Shown here piece by piece: positions 55,368-64,000 of a stretch of 64,000 nucleotides of DNA. Made by a program: the position numbers and the translations under genes. Source of the DNA: a virus; the IMG/VR virus record IMGVR_UViG_3300032308_002092, positions 64,001 to 128,000 of that record. One strand, 5' to 3'. The first letter of the stretch is position 1, and each line of letters opens with the position of its first letter. A model generated the notes under the pieces. The model ran no database searches. It was not told where the DNA came from and saw only the letters and a list, made by a program, of their open reading frames with translations.

Positions 55368-58245
55368 CAACGACGATATCAATAGCCGTAAAGACAAGAA
55401 GCATATCAACGAGCGCACCGACAGCTTCATGAAGCCGTATGTAGAGGCTGTCGATAAGTTCAATAGATTGAAAAATCTAGAAACCAAAGGACTTAGAGAC
55501 CAAGAGCGCGACTGGCACGAAGAGCAGGAATATTACGATACACTTCAAAAACGCTATGGCCACATATACGAAGACGCACTAGGCACTCCAGAAGGCTCTA
55601 AAGAAAGAGTCGCTCTAAATAGGATGGAGAATCGTCTAACTCAAACAAAAGAGAGAGTGTCTACTCTTGGCGATAATTATGTTCAAAATCTAACTGAACA
55701 CGACCTGATGCTTCGCGAGCGTATGGCTAACCAGGTGCGCGAGCATGCCAATAAGGACATGTCGCTAAAGTCCTTGCCTTTCGCTGCAAGAGCTCACGCC
55801 ATGCATCGAGCAAAAATCCTGGTCGAGAGCGGTGGTATTAATGAATCAAGGATACAAGAGGGTAAGGAACAGCTAGCAGCTAAAGCAGATACTCAGCGAG
55901 CTTCGTTGTTTGAAACCATCAGCAATATGAGCAATACCGATGAGCTTGATAAGGAGTTTCTAGGCAAGGCAAAAAAGTTAGAGACAACTAAGAGAAGAGC
56001 TGTAACGCTAGAGGCCGCAGAGCAAGTAATAAAGAGCAAGGGCTTAGATACCGAGAGCGTACTAAAGTCAAGCGAAGCCAAGAGAGAAAAGATACTCGCC
56101 CAGAGAGACAATCTAGCTCTACAATACAAGGTCTCGCAGGGTAAGACTGGTACCATGGACGAAGAGTCTAGTAAGCTTAATGATTTAACCAATAAGTTTC
56201 TAGATGCTCAGCAGAAATTTATCGACGCGCTCGACGAGTCACCAGAGGCCCTGGAAGATTTCAAGAAATCAGTGGTCGATGCTGGCAAAGCCATGGATGA
56301 TCAGAATAAGATCGTCAAGGAGATGAATAGGCAAGGCAAGGATAGCGGGAATCGTGGAAGCATGATTTCTGTCCTTGACGCGGCATCTGCTGGGATACAA
56401 GCAGCGGGTAAGTTGTATACTTACGGAGCAGTTACTTCTGAGAATCAACAGATGGCGCAAAGAGCGCAGTTTGCTAGAATACAAAACCAGACATTCATGG
56501 AGCACTATGGTGCATCCCAAGGCGACATGATGGCGTTGGCAATGGTACAGTCGCAAGCCGCAGGTCGATCTACAGAGAAGGGCAACGAACAAGGCAAAGA
56601 CATGTTAATCGGTCAGACTATAGACGCAGCAGGTGCGGGTATTAGTGCTGGCCTAGATATATCTGCTGCGTCTGGTAGTACTTTAAATCCAGTAGGTATT
56701 GCTGCTAAGGCCGCAAAAGAAGCCGCAAGGCATGCAGAAGCGCTTGGTATGCGAGGCATAGATGTGACTCGAGGCATTTCTGTAAACCAAGCAAGCATAG
56801 AAGGCTACCAAAACCGATACGATTTATCTAGAGCTACAAATGAGATCAAGGGCTCTGCGATGCAAGAGTTCTACAATCAGTCCGCAACCAACTTTGCTGC
56901 GTCTTCTGGTTTTGGCCAAAGAAGAAGCGACGTTTTCTCTGAGATGCAGAAGAGCAGACTAGGGATGGCAGGTCTAGGAGTTAGCACCGAAGAACAAGCA
57001 GCGATGTACCAGACTGCGGCTCGCTCAATGGGTGACGTGTTCACGAAACGCGGCGCAGCAGGCATGCAGGCTGCGGTCAGTAGAGCTGCTGAGGTTGGAG
57101 TCTCTGGCGTAACTTCTGGACAAGATTACCTCGCTAGAATCGGCCAAGTAGCTCAGGTTGGTGGTAGCGATAAGCAGATAGAAGACATCTTGGCCAACGC
57201 TGTCGCAAGAGGCGTAGATGATGCTAAGTCATTTGGCGACATGGTAGACTCCCTAACTCAACTATCTGGATCGTCAGCTGCATCTGGTATAGATGTTACC
57301 GGAGCCACTAACGCAGGCATGCTTCGTAGTTTGGACTCTACTAGAGGCAATGGTCTCGATCAGAGATTGAACTTAAATGCGGTAGAGAAAGGCATGCAAG
57401 CTGTAAAAGCAATGTCCTCCGATACTGGGCTGACATTTGCATCTCTGATAGAGCAGGCTGACCTGTCCAATAAGTTCTCAGATATGTCTATGCCTGGTAG
57501 GGCTAACGCAGCTGCTGTGAGTACAGAGGAAGCAAGGACCGTTCAAGGACTATTGAAGGCCGGCGAAACGAAGCTAGCGAAGACCACTGCAGAGAGACTC
57601 GGTATCTCAGAGATGTTCTTTGATCAATCTGGGGAGCTGCGCGAAGACGCACAGAAAAGAGCTTCTGATTTTGTAGAGACGAAACGCTCTAAGATCATGT
57701 CGAATTTGTCAGCGCTGACGACCGATAAAGATCAAATTGAAAGAATAAAGAGCGGTAATCTAATACCGGGCGACGATGCGATAGTAAAGGCCAGTGGTTT
57801 AAATAGAGAGGGGCTTGCTTCACTTGGTAATGGCGAATTCTCTAAAGAGGAATTGAAACAAATAACAGGTGACGCAGCCGCAGCTCAGATGAGCACTAAA
57901 GTAGCTCCAGCTACCGGTAAGGCTAGGATGTCTGGTGCCGGGGAGGAAGTTGGTGGTGGTCTAGGCAAGATAGCAGCGGAGATGAGCAGGATAGCTACGT
58001 CACTCGAGCCACTAAAGGCAATGACTAAAGCTACTACAGCCGCAGGCGAGATGAAGTTGGATACAGGAGCATTCGATGGCTCTGTCGCCAACTTTACCGC
58101 AGCAGTGGATAAATTTATCGCAGCTATAGGCGAAAAAGGCGGACCTGGTTCTTCAGTAAAACCGGCAACATCGACGACCACAGTACAACCAGCTAGTGAT
58201 ATTCGGCCGAATATGAGGAAAAGCTCACCTAAGGCTTTACAATAA
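55360..58245 (+). CDS. Tape measure protein
   Basis: 961 aa, helical Ala/Gln/Ser-rich; follows frameshifted chaperone. Confidence 0.8.
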   Translation: MADNDDINSRKDKKHINERTDSFMKPYVEAVDKFNRLKNLETKGLRDQERDWHEEQEYYDTLQKRYGHIYEDALGTPEGSKERVALNRMENRLTQTKERVSTLGDNYVQNLTEHDLMLRERMANQVREHANKDMSLKSLPFAARAHAMHRAKILVESGGINESRIQEGKEQLAAKADTQRASLFETISNMSNTDELDKEFLGKAKKLETTKRRAVTLEAAEQVIKSKGLDTESVLKSSEAKREKILAQRDNLALQYKVSQGKTGTMDEESSKLNDLTNKFLDAQQKFIDALDESPEALEDFKKSVVDAGKAMDDQNKIVKEMNRQGKDSGNRGSMISVLDAASAGIQAAGKLYTYGAVTSENQQMAQRAQFARIQNQTFMEHYGASQGDMMALAMVQSQAAGRSTEKGNEQGKDMLIGQTIDAAGAGISAGLDISAASGSTLNPVGIAAKAAKEAARHAEALGMRGIDVTRGISVNQASIEGYQNRYDLSRATNEIKGSAMQEFYNQSATNFAASSGFGQRRSDVFSEMQKSRLGMAGLGVSTEEQAAMYQTAARSMGDVFTKRGAAGMQAAVSRAAEVGVSGVTSGQDYLARIGQVAQVGGSDKQIEDILANAVARGVDDAKSFGDMVDSLTQLSGSSAASGIDVTGATNAGMLRSLDSTRGNGLDQRLNLNAVEKGMQAVKAMSSDTGLTFASLIEQADLSNKFSDMSMPGRANAAAVSTEEARTVQGLLKAGETKLAKTTAERLGISEMFFDQSGELREDAQKRASDFVETKRSKIMSNLSALTTDKDQIERIKSGNLIPGDDAIVKASGLNREGLASLGNGEFSKEELKQITGDAAAAQMSTKVAPATGKARMSGAGEEVGGGLGKIAAEMSRIATSLEPLKAMTKATTAAGEMKLDTGAFDGSVANFTAAVDKFIAAIGEKGGPGSSVKPATSTTTVQPASDIRPNMRKSSPKALQ

Positions 58246-58258
58246 GATGGGTCCATGA

Positions 58259-59986
58259 ATGACTATTAAACAACCAGACTGTAGAGTTATAGTTTTTAAT
58301 CTCGATGAGAGAGAGGGCTCTAATTTAAAAAATTCTGCAGTAGCGCCAATCGGGTCTACCGAGATAGATATCAGTTCTAATGTGATATCTGTAAAAACAA
58401 GTAAAGCCAAGTCTTCCGCATCCGGCACATTTGCCATACAACTCGACTCATCCAGCAACTGGGTATCGCTGATAAGCGTCGGTAGCTGGATCTCTATTTT
58501 TATTGACGAGAAACAAATCCCAGACCTCTCTCTTGTCCAATGGGAGCAAGACTCACTTAAATGGATTGGGCGCATAGATACGGTTAGAGCAACTCGTCAA
58601 GTCGATCAAACCACGGGTGCGTGGATAACGACCTACACCATATCTGGTAGAGACTGGGCTTCTGCCTTAGAAGCAATGATATACATCGATACTATTGCCT
58701 CAGAGTCTCCAAAGGCATTGGCGGCTGCACCGGGCAACTCTGGTGTTGGTCAGGCTACTCGTTTTGTTTTTGACGATAAGGTTAGAGGTCTGTACAACAA
58801 GGGCGTCGTAAGTTCAAGCGACATCGCAGAGATGCTGTTGGATATATGGGGCAAGCAAGGAAGCGCTTTCAATATAACATCTAGCCTAAGCGCAGAGATG
58901 GCAGAGCGCTTTATGCCATTCGCCCCATTTTACCTACCGGGTAGCATCCCACTATACATGGGTAAGACACCAGAGTTTCGCCTGTCATCTATTGTTGAGC
59001 GCAAGTACGGTAAGCTCGTTAGAGAAGGTGAGTACGAGAATAATGTGGAAGCGGCTGGGGCATTTGACTACACGACCATATTAGGCGTGAACTCCATATG
59101 GCAGGTTCTTAACGCTACCACTACTGTTGGCGGTATCAACGAAATACTCGCTGATCTTGATTTTTCAGATGGGTCACCAAACATGACCATATTTAAGCGG
59201 ATCAGGCCGTTCTCTCTGAAAAGAGAAGGGTTGTCGCTTTCTTCTTTGCTGCCTTTTTCTTCGCCATCTGTGTCTGTGCTTGGATCTGATCACAAATCTG
59301 AAATAACATCCTCCTTCTTCCTACTGCCTAAGACCTACATAGATACCGCGAACATCCTTTACGTTGACGTCGGCGGCAACTGGGGTGATGTGATTAACTT
59401 TATTGAGGTAATGCCGGTTCTATCGCTGTGGCCAAGCTTAGAAGTACCTAAGGCGGTATTCAAGGGCAATAACGCTATCTACAGTATACCCAGCTATACA
59501 ATCAGTGGTTTTAAACCTATACGCATAGAAGTCACTATGTTCCCACTAAAGAGCGACGGAGCTCCTGACATAGTAGGAATCAGAGATTGGCTCGAAGTGC
59601 TACAAGAGTGGTACTTCGACACGCATAAAATGTTAAATGGTACTGTTGTATTCTCTGGTCAGAGTGGCTACATATCCGTTGGAAACAACATCTTGTTTTC
59701 AGCAAACTCTATATCGGATGCTAGCTTCGTATCGACTAGTGGGATACCTAATTTTGGAAGCGGTAATGATCCGCACATCTTGGCCCACGTAGAGAGCGTT
59801 TCCCACTCAGTAGAAAAGAACCCAAATGGTGCACTAAACTACACAACTACGGTTCAGTTCGTTAGAGGTATTATTGTCGACAATGAAGGGTCTTCTAAGA
59901 TAGCGAGCGGAAACAGTGGTTTTGGAGTTGATTCAAAGGCGCCGAGCGATCCTAAAAACAACAAAAATGTCTTGGTGACTAAGTGA
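58259..59986 (+). CDS. Baseplate hub-like protein
   Basis: Position; SGTFAIQL, ISGRDW, HVESVSHS..TTTVQFVRG. Confidence 0.6.
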   Translation: MTIKQPDCRVIVFNLDEREGSNLKNSAVAPIGSTEIDISSNVISVKTSKAKSSASGTFAIQLDSSSNWVSLISVGSWISIFIDEKQIPDLSLVQWEQDSLKWIGRIDTVRATRQVDQTTGAWITTYTISGRDWASALEAMIYIDTIASESPKALAAAPGNSGVGQATRFVFDDKVRGLYNKGVVSSSDIAEMLLDIWGKQGSAFNITSSLSAEMAERFMPFAPFYLPGSIPLYMGKTPEFRLSSIVERKYGKLVREGEYENNVEAAGAFDYTTILGVNSIWQVLNATTTVGGINEILADLDFSDGSPNMTIFKRIRPFSLKREGLSLSSLLPFSSPSVSVLGSDHKSEITSSFFLLPKTYIDTANILYVDVGGNWGDVINFIEVMPVLSLWPSLEVPKAVFKGNNAIYSIPSYTISGFKPIRIEVTMFPLKSDGAPDIVGIRDWLEVLQEWYFDTHKMLNGTVVFSGQSGYISVGNNILFSANSISDASFVSTSGIPNFGSGNDPHILAHVESVSHSVEKNPNGALNYTTTVQFVRGIIVDNEGSSKIASGNSGFGVDSKAPSDPKNNKNVLVTK

Positions 59987-60981
59987 TAAAAGACTCCTCC
60001 ATATGGCGTGATATAAGCAGTATCGCAGTAGTGCCGAACAACCCTATTGTTACTGGGGTTGTAGTGGATAAAACGGACGATAAAGAGCTCGGTAGCGTCA
60101 GATACTTTGTCGATGTGGCATCTAATGGTAGACGCTATCAGATACAATGCATTCAAATGGTTCGCTTCGGTAGCCCGTACAACTACGAGCAGTACACTTA
60201 CACCAAGATGGAGAACATAATCCCTCCGGCTTTGCCTGATGTCAACCCACTAGACTACGGTTTAAAATCTGGGGACACAGTTATAGTTGCTCAGTTGTCT
60301 GGCTCTGAGGGGGTGATACTCGGCGCTGTCAAACACCCTAAGCGTAAAAGCCAAGTGCCAGCCGATGACGTTGGCTACGAGTCTTGCTACAATGGCATTA
60401 AGACCCAGATAAAGAAAGATGGTAGCTACAAAATTACCTTTCAAGGCAAGCCGTTGCCCACAGTTGATGCGCAACTAAAGCTACCAATCATGACGCCAAC
60501 CCTACCAGACGCATTAGCATATAACCCGCTCATATCGGGTAGTAGCTTTGGTTTCGACGAGAAGGGTGGCTACGAGGTTACTGATGCCTCCGTCGTCTTG
60601 CCGCAGAGCATCAAGATCGACAAAGCTGGCGGCACAACTACTATCACCTCTGGCTTGGTGACTATAGCGATCGACAAGAAGACTCAGAAGATAGATGTGT
60701 CTTGTATCGACGCTGCAATATCTGCGAAGAAGTCAGTGAAGATAGATACAACTCAGCTCGAGATGTCTGGCCTTGCTGGAGTAAAGATCAAGGGTGCCAA
60801 GATAGCCATTGGCTTCGGTGGCGTCGAGCTCATCGACTCTATCATACAACTAATCGACAACATTGGCCTTTTGGTCATACCACACCACTTGGGTCCCTGC
60901 TCACCTGTGTCTGCCTCTCCTACGTGGGCGCAGATACTGGCACTGAAGGTTAAACTATCCCTGATCAAAGGCAGTCTATAA
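59983..60981 (+). CDS. Baseplate central spike-like protein
   Basis: OB-fold-like N-terminus (GDTVIV..GVILG) and beta-helix-like C-terminus. Confidence 0.6.
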   Translation: MIKDSSIWRDISSIAVVPNNPIVTGVVVDKTDDKELGSVRYFVDVASNGRRYQIQCIQMVRFGSPYNYEQYTYTKMENIIPPALPDVNPLDYGLKSGDTVIVAQLSGSEGVILGAVKHPKRKSQVPADDVGYESCYNGIKTQIKKDGSYKITFQGKPLPTVDAQLKLPIMTPTLPDALAYNPLISGSSFGFDEKGGYEVTDASVVLPQSIKIDKAGGTTTITSGLVTIAIDKKTQKIDVSCIDAAISAKKSVKIDTTQLEMSGLAGVKIKGAKIAIGFGGVELIDSIIQLIDNIGLLVIPHHLGPCSPVSASPTWAQILALKVKLSLIKGSL

Positions 60982-61001
60982 TAGTCGAGGGGGTGTTGTA
61001 G

Positions 61002-61943
61002 ATGCCAATAAGAGAAGCAAGTAAAGCCGTAAATGATGCTGCACAAGCACAATTAGGAGGGCTAGTAACTTCTATTGCAAAATCTATTAATTCCAGAAAA
61101 AGCCCATACGAGCCAATAGTAGAGAACTGGTATAAGTCGCTCCCGTATGCCTTTATTGCTACTGACTCTAGTGGCGCACAAAAATCATTCAACCTCCCAC
61201 TAAACCCCAACAACATCAGTATAACTACGCATTTTGCCACCAACGTTATTGCAACCATCGGTGGGACCGTAGAAGAGCATGCGCCACAGCGCTACTTCGA
61301 TATCTCGATATCTGGCACGACCGGTATAGCTCCTCAGCACATCGAGGAGTCGCCGGTAGTGTCTAGGCCTAACACGGCGATCGATGGCAGAACAGCCTAT
61401 ACGCCAGAGTTCAATCTAGGTGCGCTAACTGGTGGGTTCTTCGCCAAGACTACTGGACAGTTGGATAACGCTCTAAATAAAGCACGTGACATTCTTGGCG
61501 GATCTAAGAAGCACGAGTCTGGAGTTGCAGCTGCGTCTAGTGGGTACGCAGCGTTCCACAATTTCTATAAATTCTTACTAGCAAACAAGAACCAGCTGTC
61601 AGGCGGCGGCTCTTCTATTGCTGGGTTTGGCTCATCTAGCAAGGCGCAACCACTTAGGTTCCTTTCGTACAAAGACAACCAAGAGTATAAGTGTGCAATT
61701 TTGCGCTTTGAGCTGATTCGCTCAGCGGACAACCCAATGCTCTACAACTACAATATACAGCTTAGGGCTTACAGCCTTAGCAGCACTGGTTTTAGCGATT
61801 TTAAGGAGCTGGGAAACTTGCGTCTACAAGTACTTGGCTTGGGTGGTGACTCTTCTACGCTCTCTAGTTTTAAGAACAAAATATCGGGTGCGAAGGCAGG
61901 AATAGCTGCAGTGTCTGGCGCCTTTAAATCGTTTGGTAGGTAA
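61002..61943 (+). CDS. Baseplate/tube-initiator-like protein
   Basis: FNLPLNPNNISI..TIGG..ISISGTTG..LYNYNIQL pattern; position. Confidence 0.5.
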   Translation: MPIREASKAVNDAAQAQLGGLVTSIAKSINSRKSPYEPIVENWYKSLPYAFIATDSSGAQKSFNLPLNPNNISITTHFATNVIATIGGTVEEHAPQRYFDISISGTTGIAPQHIEESPVVSRPNTAIDGRTAYTPEFNLGALTGGFFAKTTGQLDNALNKARDILGGSKKHESGVAAASSGYAAFHNFYKFLLANKNQLSGGGSSIAGFGSSSKAQPLRFLSYKDNQEYKCAILRFELIRSADNPMLYNYNIQLRAYSLSSTGFSDFKELGNLRLQVLGLGGDSSTLSSFKNKISGAKAGIAAVSGAFKSFGR

Positions 61944-61946
61944 CCG

Positions 61947-63542
61947 ATGACTAGTGCGATCGAGACTGGCTTCTCACAGATGTCAGACCTAAACCTCTGG
62001 CTGAAGAACAAGCTGAGTGAGACCTTCACGCTCGCCGACATCCCTGCCATCATCAAGATACGCTACCCGTATATCGTTGAGAACTGGGGTATAGTCAAAG
62101 ACTCACTACTACAGCGTCTAGACAGTTATCAGGACCCATACCGTTTACAGCGTGAGATCGGCACCTTTGACTCACTGGTCAAGGCTCAGCTGGCTGGCGC
62201 AACCACTACTCCATCTGAGACCAGGCTTCTATCCAGATATTACTCGGTGTTCGACGCGCTGACAATAGAAGAAGTAGTTCTCACGAAGCCAGAGTCAGTA
62301 ATCGTTGACTCCGAGACCAAGCGAGTAGAGACCTTCACGAAAACTACGTTTCTCAAGATCCGAGCGGATCTCGTTGTGGCTAGGGATCAAGTCGCCGACA
62401 ACATCGGAGGCACTGACCCAGACTACAACCGCGTGTACAACAGAAGTCCAGTGCGCCAGACTCTAAACAAGGGCATAGACGAGATACAGCTGTCGTCACA
62501 GTTTCAGCAAGGTGTCTACCTAGTCGACACTATCCTGGCCAACGAGCAGATCATCAAGGGTGATGCAGCTATTGATCCCTTCGCGTTTGCTCGTTCTAAC
62601 GCAAACAACCCAGACTTCAATATCGGTCAGTATGCCTCAGGCAGGTTGGTTCGCATGCAGTACGGCGAGACTCTGCAGCAGCTGGCACAGCGCACCTTGG
62701 GTAACCCGGATCTTTGGTACGACATCGCTATCGCCAACGGGCTGAAACCACCGTACGTAGATGAGATCGGAGTCCAAGTGTCTCTGATCAGCAACGGTAA
62801 CGGCAACCGAGTCAACATCGCCCAGATCGGCCCCAACAACGTACTCAATCGTGACAGATTCTATTTGAATCAAATCATACTATTACAGTCCAACACTGAG
62901 CGAGTCCCAGACCAAAGGGTCATAAGGTCCATCACCGAGATCCCAGTATCTGGGGAGTTGGTGCTAGAGCTCTCTGGAGACGAGGATCTGGACAAATACG
63001 CTTTGGCGGACTCTGCGTACATACGGGTGTTTGCAGCGCAGACGATCAACTCTAGCTTCTTCGTCTTGATTCCATCTGGGACACCTCCGGATCCAAACCA
63101 GATCCAGAAGACAACACCTTGGTTTCTCAGGAGTAAGAGCGAGGACGAGCGCCAGGCAGGCGTGGATCTCTATATTGGCGACGACGGAGATCTGTCGTTC
63201 ACGCCGGCCGGCGATGTTCAGCTGAGCTACGGCGCAGCCAACGGTATGCAGGCATTACTGATACTTCTGAGCACTGAGGCAGCCTCGCTCGCTAGACACC
63301 CAGAGTATGGTGTGGCCTACAACATCGGCGACAAGAATACCAACGCAGCAATTACCCGCCAGAAGTTGGCAGAAGCCGTGGGAGATCAGATACTTCGTGA
63401 CAGAAGGTTCGACCGCCTTAAGACTTTGACAGTAGAATTACTAGATGGGGCAAGTGGATACAAGGTGTTCGTAGAGGTGGTCTTGGCTGGTGGTCAGTCT
63501 GTTATACCGATCTCATTCTCCGTCAACACCCAAGTAGATTGA
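61947..63542 (+). CDS. Baseplate wedge protein with LysM-like and C-terminal gp25-like domains
   Basis: GETLQQLAQRTLGNPDLWYDIAIANGL; HPEYG...ILRDRRF. Confidence 0.65.
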   Translation: MTSAIETGFSQMSDLNLWLKNKLSETFTLADIPAIIKIRYPYIVENWGIVKDSLLQRLDSYQDPYRLQREIGTFDSLVKAQLAGATTTPSETRLLSRYYSVFDALTIEEVVLTKPESVIVDSETKRVETFTKTTFLKIRADLVVARDQVADNIGGTDPDYNRVYNRSPVRQTLNKGIDEIQLSSQFQQGVYLVDTILANEQIIKGDAAIDPFAFARSNANNPDFNIGQYASGRLVRMQYGETLQQLAQRTLGNPDLWYDIAIANGLKPPYVDEIGVQVSLISNGNGNRVNIAQIGPNNVLNRDRFYLNQIILLQSNTERVPDQRVIRSITEIPVSGELVLELSGDEDLDKYALADSAYIRVFAAQTINSSFFVLIPSGTPPDPNQIQKTTPWFLRSKSEDERQAGVDLYIGDDGDLSFTPAGDVQLSYGAANGMQALLILLSTEAASLARHPEYGVAYNIGDKNTNAAITRQKLAEAVGDQILRDRRFDRLKTLTVELLDGASGYKVFVEVVLAGGQSVIPISFSVNTQVD

Positions 63543-63549
63543 GGCAAAA

Positions 63550-64000
63550 ATGGCAGTAGAATTAAAGACGTACAACGAAATTTTGGGCCAACTGGTCCGT
63601 AAGATCATTGCCGACACCTCGGTCAACGACCTCGCTACGGGTTCCGTGTTGCTTACCCTGCTTGAAGCAGTAGCAGCTAATGACTTCGACAACTCTACTT
63701 CCATACTGAGCGTCCTAGAGACCCTCAACATCGACGCTATCCGCAACCAAGACTTGGACTCCAGAGCTGCAGACTACGGTCTGACGAGAAAGCCTTCCCA
63801 GAGGGCAACTGGCTTCATACAAATCTCTGACTCCGCGATCACCAAGAGAGCCACTTCGCTGTACGCGGTAAAGCCGCCACCGATCGCGGGCTCTAGCATC
63901 ATCTACGTAAATAACGCAGCAGGATGGAGTCCCACTGGGACTTTGTTTATCGGCCGCGGCACTCAGCAGTTCGAAGGTCCAGTATCGTACACCTCTATCG
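63550..64000 (+). CDS. Baseplate J-like protein, N-terminus (runs off the window)
   Basis: MAVELKTYNEIL...GSVLLTLLEAVA...DLDSRAADYGLTRK...ATG. Confidence 0.8.
   Translation, partial: MAVELKTYNEILGQLVRKIIADTSVNDLATGSVLLTLLEAVAANDFDNSTSILSVLETLNIDAIRNQDLDSRAADYGLTRKPSQRATGFIQISDSAITKRATSLYAVKPPPIAGSSIIYVNNAAGWSPTGTLFIGRGTQQFEGPVSYTSI

Larger units (their letters stand above)
15833..60982. promoter_or_regulatory. Dispersed late promoter-like motif (G)TATAAT
   Basis: + strand at 42226, 46750, 49924, 54500, 60977 and 20949 (GTATAAC); - strand at 15833, 26588. Confidence 0.55.

Noticed and set aside
1-64000. Stop-codon reassignment
   Set aside because: Conserved genes are intact in the standard code, and TAA, TAG and TGA all end genes at sensible positions.

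Overview
A 64-kb segment of a large contractile-tailed dsDNA phage (myovirus-type) that uses the standard genetic code. Positions 1 to ~45,900 are mostly minus-strand early/accessory genes: ThyX, class Ia NrdB/NrdA with an inserted HNH endonuclease, ATP-dependent DNA ligase, RNase H, a MoxR-like AAA ATPase and vWA/metallopeptidase pair, ClpP-like and trypsin-like proteases, SLT, lipoprotein metalloproteases, a PA14/collagen lipoprotein and a lysozyme. Positions ~45,950 to 64,000 are a plus-strand neck/sheath/tube/chaperone/tape-measure/baseplate module. The most striking unannotated signal is six type II hammerhead ribozymes on the minus strand (31.2-44.0 kb), each with the full CUGANGA/GAAA/NUH core and covarying stems. 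Two members of a three-gene paralog family are each bracketed by a ribozyme on both sides, so their mRNAs would be cut out as 592-nt and 541-nt units with circularisable ends. Other findings: a 16-member family of small Gly/Asp-rich proteins with fixed termini (LxIDGxG...PSDW) beside a DUF6948-like gene; a G-GGA-AAC -1 frameshift in the tail chaperone; a stranded duplicate of the NrdA C-terminus behind the HNH gene; a candidate pseudoknotted ncRNA; a skew-switch origin-like region; and recurrent promoter-like motifs. All calls come from reading the sequence by eye; no searches or folding programs were run.
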